Assembly (NCBI GenBank): GCA_022340305.1
Contig: JAJDOF010000069.1
Location: forward strand, 26,277-90,276
Direction: 5' to 3'
Length of the DNA: 64,000 nt
Origin: Gammaproteobacteria bacterium
GTDB lineage: Bacteria; Pseudomonadota; Gammaproteobacteria; GCA-001735895
Below, one piece after another: positions 51,501-60,283 of this stretch. The translations under genes were made by a program, and so were the position numbers. Numbering within the stretch: position 1 is the first letter of the stretch; each line of letters starts with the position of its first letter. Below the pieces are notes generated by a model. That model was given only the letters and a program-made list of their open reading frames with translations, was not told where the DNA came from and ran no database searches.

Positions 51501-54500
51501 CCGTGCTGACCCCTGCACCACCGGTTCCGTCGATGGATGACCGGCGCCGGGTAGAGGCTGAAGTCAGGGCAAAGATTGCCGCGGTGGCAAGAGCCAGGGC
51601 TGAGGTAAGTTATCAAAGGGCACCGGACTATACGCAGGCTAGCGAGGCGCCACAGGATGATGACGTCGACTCCAGCCCGCCGACGGTACTTGCCGAGCGC
51701 GAGTCGGAGCGTCCGGCGGCGATTGAAATCGAGTCCATGGGTGATGATTTTTTGGGAGAGGACCTGATCGATAACAGCGAGGCCGCGGTAATGGAGGCGT
51801 CGTTTATGCAGACGCCAGTGGCTTCGATGGCGTCCGCCGAAACCACTGATCTCCCCGATATCGAGTTCGAGGAATTAACGCTGCCCGGGGATGATCGGAA
51901 CGAAGCCAACGAACCGGGGCGGGAATCTTACGAGATCGAGGTGCCGACCATCGGCGCGGAATCAGGTGCCGAGGAAATCGAGATGCAGGCACTCGAGGAA
52001 GAGCCCGAGGCCGAGGAAATCGAGATGCAGGCACTCGAGGAAGAGCCCGAGGCCGAGGAAATCGAGATGCAGGCACTCGAGGAAGAACCCGAGGCCGAGG
52101 AAATCGAGATGCAGGCACTCGAGGAAGAACCCGAGGCCGAAGCAATCGAGATGCAGGCACTCGAGGATGAATCCGGGGTCGAAGCAATCGAGATGCAGGC
52201 ACTCGAGGATGAATCCGGGGCCGAGGAAATCGAGATTCGGGCACTCGAGGAAGAATACGAGGCTGAAACAAGCGAGATGCAGACGCCCGCGGAGGAATTC
52301 GAGGCGGAAGAGATAGAATTCGAAGCACTTGATGACTCGATTGCCTGGGATGAAGTTGATACTTCGTCTGCAAAAGCCAGTTCCGGTGAATCAACCGATT
52401 CCGGGATCCCGGCAGACAGGGGGGACCCCCCCGACCCTTTCGTGCTTGCGACAACGAGTCCAACGCCTGGCGTCGCGGCAGAGGACAGCGAGACAGAAGC
52501 CCAAGGGCCGCTCGAACCAACCGGCCTGTCATTCGATCCGGAACTACTGACGATATACCAGCAAGAGGTCGAACAGCACCTCGACACAGTAAGTTCCGCC
52601 CTTGATAGTGCCGAAAAGATTGGTGAACTGATCCCGGGCGAGGAAATATATCGCGCCCTGCACACAATCCACGGAGCCTCGCGTACTGCAGATATCACCA
52701 CCATAGGCGAGCTCGCCGCCTTGCTGGAAAAACCCCTGAAAATGGCGATAGCCCAAAAGATGGCCCTGGACCATGAAATCGTTGCGCTTTATCGCGAAGG
52801 GCAACGCGCACTGCACGCGATGACGGCAGAGCTGGTATCGACCCGTCAGATGCCGGATATTCCCACCGACCTGGAAATAAGCCTGCAGGCGCTGGCAGCG
52901 GATTTCGAAGAGCACACGGTAGACCTGACCAAAGAGGGGTCGGGGCATGCGGGCGATTTCGTCGACACCTTGACGATGATGAATGACAGCGCCGAAGGCG
53001 GACAGGACCTGGAATTGTTAGCCATCTTCATCGACGAGGCGAATGAATTACTGGAGATGAGCGACGATACGCTGCACCAGTGGTCGCAACAACAGGCCGA
53101 CGATCCGGGCGCCCAGGACTATAACTCGGTAATGGAATTGCAGCGCTACCTGCATACCCTCAAGGGTGGTGCCCGCATGGCCGAGCTGAAGGAAATCAGC
53201 GACTTATCGCATGAAATGGAATCCCTTTTCATTGCGGTGATCGATGGTCGGGTCGAGAAATCCGGTAATCTCATCGAGATGTTGAAGGATTCTTTCGATT
53301 TGTTGCATCGCCAGGTAAACGAGGCGCAGCAGGGCGATGCCCTGAGCAGTTCCAGCGAAATGGTCGAGGCCCTTAAATGGATGCGCCAGGGCGAAGGCGA
53401 CCAGGATCATGAAGACTTTGTTAACGAATCGGCAGACTTTGACCCGGACCGTGAAGACATCGATATCGTCAGCGAGAACCTGCCCGGCGATCCGCTGTCG
53501 ACGGTGGACCGATCCGCCCAGGATGTCGTTAAGGTGCGCGCGGATTTGCTCGATAATCTGGTTAGTTCGGCGGGCGAAGTCAGTATTTATCGAGCTCGCA
53601 TGGAGCAGCAGGTGGCTGGCCTCGGTTCGCACCTCGGCGAGCTTGGGCAAACCATAACGCGCCTCAAGGCGCAGCTGCGCAGTCTCGAAGCAGAAACCGA
53701 TGCACAGATACATTTCAGTCACCGTACCGAGAGCACCAGGCCCGAAGAATTCGATCCTCTGGAAATGGATCGCTACACCTTGATACAGGAATTATCGCGT
53801 TCGCTTAGCGAATCGGTGAACGATTTGTCCAGTTTGCAAAATATTCTGGGAGAGCAGGTCAAGGATTCAGAAACGTTGTTGCTGCAGCAATCCAGGGTCA
53901 GTACGGATTTGCAGGATGGCTTGATCAAGAGCCGCATGGTCAAGTTTTCCGGGTTGCTGTCGCGGCTGCGCAGGCTGGTTCGCCAGAGTAGCCAGGAACT
54001 GGGTAAAAAAGCCGAGCTATCGGTGACCGGTGAGCAAAACGAGGTCGACAACAAGGTGCTCGACCGCATGGTCGCGCCGCTTGAGCACATCATCCGTAAT
54101 GCGATTTCGCACGGTATAGAAACGCCGGTCGAACGCGTCAAGAAGGGCAAGCCTGAATCAGGCCATATTGCCATTGATATCACTCGCGATGGTTCCGATG
54201 TGGTCATCAAGGTCAGCGATGATGGCGCCGGTGTCGATATCGAAAAAGTACGCAGTCGTGCAATTCAGCTGGGCCTGCTGGAAAAGGGCCGTGTGTCGAG
54301 CGAGTCCGACCTGGTGCAATACATCCTCGAGCCCGGATTCAGCACCGCGGAGCACGTGACCCAGCTTTCCGGCCGAGGGGTCGGAATGGATGTGGTCGAT
54401 GTCGAGGTCAAGCAACTCGGCGGTACCCTGCAAATTGAAACGACACCACAGGGAACCACTTTCATTGCGCGCCTGCCGTTTACGCTGTCGATCAACCAGG

Positions 54501-55330
54501 CGATACTGGCGCGTTGCGGCGATGAAATCTATGCGATCCCCCTGCCCAACATCGAGGGTATTACGCGTATCGAAGCGCAGCAAATGCACGACTACTACCG
54601 CGAGGATGCGCCCCAGCTTGAGTATGCGGGGCAGAATTTCGAGTTGCACAGCCTGGCCAGGCTGGTCGGCACCGAGCCCCAGTTCCGAGCCGGGGTTGAA
54701 AACGAAAAGCAGCCCGTCATCCTCAGCCGGGCCGGTGACCTGCGCGTCGCCTTGCATGTTGATGAGATCATCGGTAATCGTGAAATCGTGGTCAAGACGC
54801 TCGGCAAACAACTAAGCCAGGTCAAGAGTCTTGCCGGAGCGAGTATTCTTGCCGATGGCAGCGTGGTACTGATCCTCGATATCGGCGGGCTGATCCGTCA
54901 TAATGTCGGCAGTAGCGTGAAAATCGTTTATAAAGACCCGGGCGAAGCGGTAAGCAAGCTGCGCGAAAAGGTAATGGTGGTCGATGATTCGATTACCATG
55001 CGCCGGGTGGCTACCAAGTTGCTGGAGCGCCATAACTACGAAGTTATTACTGCCAAGGATGGAGTCGACGCGTTGGCGCAACTGCAGGACCTGCGCCCGG
55101 ACGTCATGCTACTGGACGTGGAAATGCCTCGTATGGACGGCTTTGAACTGGCCTCACACCTGCAAAACGAGGCATCATTGTCGAGCATACCGATCATCAT
55201 GATCACTTCGCGTACCGGTGAAAAACACCGCGACCGTGCCCTGGAAATCGGCATTACCAATTACATGGGCAAGCCCTACCAGGAAGAAGAACTGATTCGT
55301 AACATTCAGTCCGCGCTGGATGCTCGCTAG
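48594..55330 (+). CDS. chpA: Multi-Hpt chemosensory histidine kinase / response regulator ChpA
   Basis: About 2245 aa. It carries multiple Hpt-like modules, an acidic repeat linker, a CheA-type HATPase, a CheW-like domain and a C-terminal REC (VMVVDDSITMRR…LLDVEMPRMDG). The ATG at 48594 is preferred over the in-frame start at 48542, which overlaps pilJ. Confidence 0.85.
51968..52262. repeat. Intragenic 42-bp tandem repeat array inside chpA (about 7 copies, 4 perfect), encoding (A)EEIEMQALEEEPE
   Basis: GCCGAGGAAATCGAGATGCAGGCACTCGAGGAAGAGCCCGAG is repeated head-to-tail from 51968. Later copies degenerate (…GATGAATCCGGGGTC…). Confidence 0.9.
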
Positions 55331-55342
55331 CGAGGTGTGGAG

Positions 55343-55828
55343 ATGAACGACAAAGCCACATCGGTACGCTGTATGCTGTTGCCACTTACCTCGCTGAAGC
55401 TGCTGGTGCCGAACTCGGCGGTCGCTGAAATTATCGGCTACTCGACGCCACGGCCGCTGGCCGATTGCAGCGACTGGTTTCCGGGGGTCGTGTTGTGGCG
55501 TGGCGTGTATGTGCCGGTAATTGCGGTCGAGCAAATGTGCGGTGTCGCAACTGCGGCTGTGGGGCCGCGAGCGCGTATCGCGGTAATCTATAACCCTGAA
55601 AAGGATGCCGAGTTCCCCTATCTCGGTGTACACATGCAGGATATCCCACGGGCCTACCTGGCCGATTCCGATAGCATCGAATCGGGGAGCAGCGAGGGTC
55701 TCGGCGAATACCTGCTGACGCGTGTCGATGATGAACAGCTCGCCCGCGTTATTCCTGATTTCGACAAGATCATTGCCGCGCTCAAGCTCGAATACAACCC
55801 GCAACGCCTCGATGAACTTAAAACCTGA
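55343..55828 (+). CDS. chpC: CheW-like protein ChpC
   Basis: CheW fold (LLPLTSLKLLVPNSAVAEII…). Follows chpA directly, with no chpB in between. Confidence 0.75.
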   Translation: MNDKATSVRCMLLPLTSLKLLVPNSAVAEIIGYSTPRPLADCSDWFPGVVLWRGVYVPVIAVEQMCGVATAAVGPRARIAVIYNPEKDAEFPYLGVHMQDIPRAYLADSDSIESGSSEGLGEYLLTRVDDEQLARVIPDFDKIIAALKLEYNPQRLDELKT

Positions 55829-56235
55829 AGCCATCCTGATCAGCTTTGGTCCCGCTTTCCGGGATTGAAGGGAAACATGCTCCGAAAAACTAATGTATTT
55901 GTCCCTTTATCGCTAATACTACTGCTTCTCCAAAGCTGCCGCTCAGACGGGCTTCCCGGGCTTCTCGAAGCGGCAGATTCCGGCCATTGCTATAGAATTT
56001 GATTCCTGAGAAGACGGTGAAAAAAACCGTAACAAAAGTCACTGTTTTTTGCGTGGCACATAAGCCAAAATTCGTGCGTGTAACAGAAGCAATCTGTCAG
56101 GGGCATAAGTGTTCGCAGACTCATTGATCACTGCCTTTTTTCTGGCATACAGATGGAATAGACGCGCAACTTTCTATGGCATCTACCCGAATCCAGGCAG
56201 TCAAATCCTCATCGAATTATTAGCGGAGTTTATTC

Positions 56236-56613
56236 ATGCAAGCAAAAACCATCGTGGCGCAGTTCATCGCTGATATCCAGGCCCAGCGTACCGATGAGGC
56301 AAAGACCTTGCTGGTTACTGAAGGGTTTGAATATGTAGGGCCGAATATGCGTTTTCTTAGTCCGGACGACATGCTGACCTACCATTTCGGCATGCTTGCC
56401 ATCCAGAAAGATCTGATCCTCCGCCAGCTCAGTGCCGATGGGGAGCACGTATTTGCGATCCTGGATTACCGGACCAATTTTGAACCGATCGGGGATGTAC
56501 GGCTTGCTGTCTGGTTTCGTGTTCGAGGCGACAAAATCCAGACAATTGAAACCTTCTATAATGCGGCAGTGGTTGAAAACATGCTGGGGGGCAACCTTCC
56601 TTCAGTCGGCTGA
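56236..56613 (+). CDS. Hypothetical NTF2/SnoaL-like small protein
   Basis: 125-aa ORF with good coding look. No diagnostic motif. Confidence 0.45.
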   Translation: MQAKTIVAQFIADIQAQRTDEAKTLLVTEGFEYVGPNMRFLSPDDMLTYHFGMLAIQKDLILRQLSADGEHVFAILDYRTNFEPIGDVRLAVWFRVRGDKIQTIETFYNAAVVENMLGGNLPSVG

Positions 56614-57061
56614 AACATTGGGGAAATAACGGTTATTAGTCCGGTTCGGGCAAGAAGTCGAAGTTGTCAGGCTTAAATTTGAAGGTAGGCATTCTCGTCA
56701 GCTGTCGTTCGATTCACGAACCAGAACTTTTGCAATCGTACCAGGGCGGTCTTTCGAATTACCTGATCGTGTGTCGAGAATTGGCACTTTTCAGCCTCTG
56801 AAAAGTCAATTTTGAACGACTGTTTTCTCTGCAGGAGACACTCAAAAGCACAGTCCGGGATTCTGCCAACGGCGCACGCCGGACGCCGATGAGATTGCAG
56901 TGCGGGGCAATACCAGAAGATTGCCTCCCAACCGTTTTTTAATAGCGTCTACCCTGCAGAAAAAAGGCTTCGGAATCAACTTCGCCGACAGCAGGGTTCG
57001 CCCCACAACAGCGGCTGGACAGAGGTTTTAGGCGGCACCGAGATCACCTGATGTTGCAGGC

Positions 57062-57820
57062 CTAAAAGTGGAAATATCCATTGATAAAAGCACCGTTGTA
57101 TTCCAGATCGGAGTCGAAATCATTAACGTCATCTAAATTAAGCGAAAAGATTTTATATCCGCCCTCGATACCAAGCCCGATGCCTGATTCGTAACCCACT
57201 TTAATGGTTGTGTCTGCCGCGCTACTATCGTTAACACTCAGGCCGCTGAAATCTGCCCCCACGTAGAATCCGCTAAAGGGTAAATCAATCCTGGCAGACA
57301 GATAAAGCAATGGAATAGTCTCATCTATCGTGATGCTGCTGGTGGTAGTATTGGTACTGCCAACCGTCGACACTTCTCCGTCAAAAAGTTTCAGGTCGAG
57401 GCCAATATCGAGGTTTAGCCAATTATCCATTACTTCGTAATACAAATAGATGTCATCATGTGATAAATCGAAGCTGGAGCGGACGGTTTCGCCGGCGCTA
57501 TAGGTCTGTCCATTAAAGGTAATACTGCTGGTGAGTGTGCTTCTGCCACTACTATCGAGGTTGAAACCCTGGTACCTGAAATTCGGTAATACCGGTATCG
57601 GATGCTCCAGGCTTAATACCAACGACGACGAAGACGGATCGTCGATACCGAGATCATCAGACAGGTTGATCTGAAGATCTCCAGTGCTATTAAAGTTCCC
57701 GGACAGGTTCGGCGCCCAATAGGCTGCTCCAATACTGAATCCGACAACATCAGCGTGGCTCGAGGTCGAAAATAGTAGTGCCGATGCGAAAATTGCTGGA
57801 ATGCTCAAGAATGATTTCAT
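57062..57820 (-). CDS. Outer-membrane beta-barrel protein
   Basis: Signal peptide MKSFLSIPAIFASALLFSTSSHA, alternating amphipathic strands, and a C-terminal aromatic residue …NGYFHF. Confidence 0.7.
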   Translation of the reverse strand: MKSFLSIPAIFASALLFSTSSHADVVGFSIGAAYWAPNLSGNFNSTGDLQINLSDDLGIDDPSSSSLVLSLEHPIPVLPNFRYQGFNLDSSGRSTLTSSITFNGQTYSAGETVRSSFDLSHDDIYLYYEVMDNWLNLDIGLDLKLFDGEVSTVGSTNTTTSSITIDETIPLLYLSARIDLPFSGFYVGADFSGLSVNDSSAADTTIKVGYESGIGLGIEGGYKIFSLNLDDVNDFDSDLEYNGAFINGYFHF

Positions 57821-58010
57821 TTGAATTCTTACCAGGTGGTTAATTTAGTTACTATAGCCAAGTATAGTTTAAGAACACCGGTTTAATATTTTTCGGGACA
57901 ATACCACCGAACAAAAGCCGGTTTCAGCGAGCGCACTGGGACAGCTTTACCGGTAAATATGTTTTCAACTCCGCCCCGATTTTTATTTTTATTAATGCGA
58001 AGGAACGTTG

Positions 58011-58029
58011 CTGGCCGACGATTGCCTCC
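58011..58029 (+). repeat. 19-bp direct repeat copy A (CTGGCCGACGATTGCCTCC)
   Basis: 18/19 identical to 59477-59495. A third partial copy GATTGCCTCCC lies at 56919-56929. Confidence 0.8.
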
Positions 58030-58359
58030 TGGCTCAGCCAGATGAGGGTCTCCTTGGGGCGCAACTCGGTCCCTGGCGCAGAGGATTTGAGCGTCGGCTT
58101 TCTCGTTAGCGGTCACTGATAACTGAGTAGTGGGAGGCAGCGAACGGCAGATACTGTTGAAAAACTCGATAATTTGAATGGAGAATATCTCCGGTGAAAA
58201 CCAAAATACCCCGAACTTCTAGAGTCCGCTGTGGGCACAACTCGGAAGCCTAATTCTCCCCGGTGAGAGTCTGTTTTCTCTAAAGCAGACCCTGAAAACT
58301 GCTGGTTGAGATTCTGTGATCGGCACCAGAGCAGACCCTCGGATAATGACGAAGGCGTA

Positions 58360-58857
58360 TTAGTAGGGATGGTCACGAATGTTTAATCTAAATAGAACCC
58401 GAGACAAGATAAGTTCGCCAAAAAAGAAGAGAAAGACGACTGTCATGGCCGTAGGTATATCGAGCTCGAGTGCTTCCCAGAAAAATAATAATGGTAGTAT
58501 CGACTCCGGAAGCTGATCCAGTCCGAGAGCCCTGCTGCCAGGCGGTAAATTCAGCCGTCGCTTGATAAAACTGGAAGCGAGATCACCGCTTAACGATAAA
58601 ATCGAAAATAAGGCGCCGGTTTGTATCGAGTAGCCAATGAATGCAGCACCGATTGAAGTTACCAGGACTGAGGAAATTATTCCGCGAATAGTTTTAGATT
58701 TTCCAAAAAAGGCTCTCCCATCGATAAAACTGTTACCACCATCCAGGGGGTAGGCCAATTTAGCACCAAGCAATTTTTTGACAATAACTGGAGTGCCGTT
58801 GGCTAATAGTAGTAGAAACAAAATCTTGGCAATCAACACGGCACTTGGGAGCAACAT
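58360..58857 (-). CDS. CarS/DUF46-like integral membrane protein (CDP-alcohol (archaeol) synthase-like cytidylyltransferase family)
   Basis: PLDGGNSFIDGRAFFGKSKTIRG and SGDLASSFIKRRL match the two conserved CarS motifs. About 5 TM helices, 165 aa. Confidence 0.55.
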   Translation of the reverse strand: MLLPSAVLIAKILFLLLLANGTPVIVKKLLGAKLAYPLDGGNSFIDGRAFFGKSKTIRGIISSVLVTSIGAAFIGYSIQTGALFSILSLSGDLASSFIKRRLNLPPGSRALGLDQLPESILPLLFFWEALELDIPTAMTVVFLFFFGELILSRVLFRLNIRDHPY

Positions 58858-59476
58858 AACTGGTTTAGATCATTTTGCTTGCATGCAGTTGAATATCAAG
58901 CCGTTTCTCTACCGGTCAATACTAACCGATAACTGTCTGGCGAGATTATTAGCAGCTTGAACAAAATCCCTACTCTCCAGTCAGCCGAAAGCAGACCTTC
59001 AAATATAGGATTTCAGCGCCAGCGAGCGGCCACTTTCAGTACTGGCGGGCCGGGAAACAAACCGCGCACGCATCGATCTGATCGACTTTGCATGGCAGTA
59101 CGATGTCTCGGAAGCCGTCGCCGGCCAATCGGTAATCGCCTGCGGCATGAGCGGCCAGCCAAGCGAAAAAGAGTTCAGACACTGCCTGTGGTCGTTGGGA
59201 TTACGCAATCACGACAGCACCGAAAAACTGGCTTTGCAGCGATTACGAAATGAACTTATGGCCCGTGACGGGATTAAATAGAAATACGGGGCCGTATACT
59301 ATTCCCCGATCCGGAACATCATGTTCTGCAAGTCCAGGGACCGTATACCCGTTTCCCGAAAACCGATTTGCTCCCCCAGATTTTTGTTACCCGTATATCG
59401 CGGGAAATAACAAACGCTGGGGGGTTCGAGTTGGGTCCTTTTCTTTCGCATACTGGATAATCGTGAGTATTCGAAA

Positions 59477-59495
59477 CTGGCCGATGATTGCCTCC
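59477..59495 (+). repeat. 19-bp direct repeat copy B (CTGGCCGATGATTGCCTCC)
   Basis: See copy A. Both are followed by GCTSAGC…CC…GAGGGT. Confidence 0.8.
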
Positions 59496-59530
59496 CACTT
59501 TCATGCGCTGAGCAGCCGACCGAGGGTGTG

Positions 59531-60268
59531 TCAGTTCATGTCACCGATGAGGGACTGGGCAATCGCGAGCGCACTTATGGCGGCGGTCTCGGTGCGCAGC
59601 ACCCGGGGGCCCAGCGTAACCGCTACAAAATCCCGGGTTCTGGCCAGCTCGATCTCTGCTGGGCAGAGCCCGCCCTCGGGGCCGAGCAGGATGCTGAGCG
59701 AGATGAGGGGTGGCGGTTGCTGCAACACGGCGGTCAGCGAGTCGCCTTTGAAGTCGAGCAGCAATTTACAGTCGCTGGATGGTGCCGCAATGGCCTGGTC
59801 GAGGTCGCGCGTATAGCTGATTGCGGGAATGATTGCACGACCGCTTTGTTCGCAGGCACTGATCGCGACGCCGCGCCAGTGTTGCATTTTCTTTTCCAGC
59901 TGCGCCGCTTTCAACGGTGTCTGGCTGCGTTCGGCGTTGAACAAAACGATGCGGCTGACACCAAGCTCGGTGGTCTTCTGAATCATCCAGTCCATGTGGT
60001 CGGCGCGGCCCAGTCCCTGGATGAGTTCGACAGTGAGACTGGACTCGGTCTGCAGCACTGTCGCGGATTCGATTGTGGCGCCCAGTTGCTTGCCGTCTGC
60101 GGTGAGCAGCGCGTGAAAATCTACGGCCTGGCGGCCATCGAACAGCACTAAAGCTGCGCCTGGTTTCAGGCGCAGCACGTGCTTCAGGTAGTGGGTTTGA
60201 GCCAGGGCCAGCGCAATTTCTGCACCGACCTCGAGCTCGTCGTCGACATGAACGCGGGTTATGCGCAT
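59531..60268 (-). CDS. rsmE: 16S rRNA (uracil1498-N3)-methyltransferase RsmE
   Basis: 245 aa. PUA-like N-domain and SPOUT C-domain (…LLGPEGG…). Confidence 0.85.
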   Translation of the reverse strand: MRITRVHVDDELEVGAEIALALAQTHYLKHVLRLKPGAALVLFDGRQAVDFHALLTADGKQLGATIESATVLQTESSLTVELIQGLGRADHMDWMIQKTTELGVSRIVLFNAERSQTPLKAAQLEKKMQHWRGVAISACEQSGRAIIPAISYTRDLDQAIAAPSSDCKLLLDFKGDSLTAVLQQPPPLISLSILLGPEGGLCPAEIELARTRDFVAVTLGPRVLRTETAAISALAIAQSLIGDMN

Positions 60269-60283
60269 GCCGATGTTCGCGCG

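Noticed and set aside
51968-52262. The regular 42-bp repeat array could be mistaken for a CRISPR array.
   Set aside because: The units are contiguous with no unique spacers. They are in-frame coding sequence of chpA and have no cas context.
51804-52704. Long minus-strand ORFs (287 aa and 258 aa) and a plus-strand off-frame ORF (141 aa) overlapping the chpA repeat region. They are Arg/Pro-rich or Ser-rich low-complexity translations.
   Set aside because: They are out-of-frame or antisense readings of the 42-bp acidic repeat inside a well-supported, very long chpA reading frame. This is an artefact of repetitive GC-rich sequence.
56880-56945. Hairpin GCGGGGCAAT…ATTGCCTCC followed by T6. Possible intrinsic terminator or sRNA 3' end on the plus strand.
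   Set aside because: There is a 5-nt gap between the stem and the T-tract, and no obvious upstream gene within 300 nt. It is retained only as part of the GATTGCCTCC repeat observation.
57960-58080. Possible cobalamin riboswitch on the minus strand. It shows AAAUCC…GCGCC and GAGCCAGGAGGC blocks reminiscent of the B12 element.
   Set aside because: The invariant B12 box (GCCACUG) is absent, and the resemblance is confined to short GC-rich strings. It is kept only as an unspecified structured-RNA candidate.
58957-59253. TTG-initiated 98-aa ORF (MNKIPTLQSAESRPSNIGFQRQRAATFS…) in the region between the CarS-like gene and rsmE.
   Set aside because: It is Arg-rich and low-complexity, with poor codon usage. 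A different frame of the same DNA looks far more protein-like (see the finding at 59006-59283).
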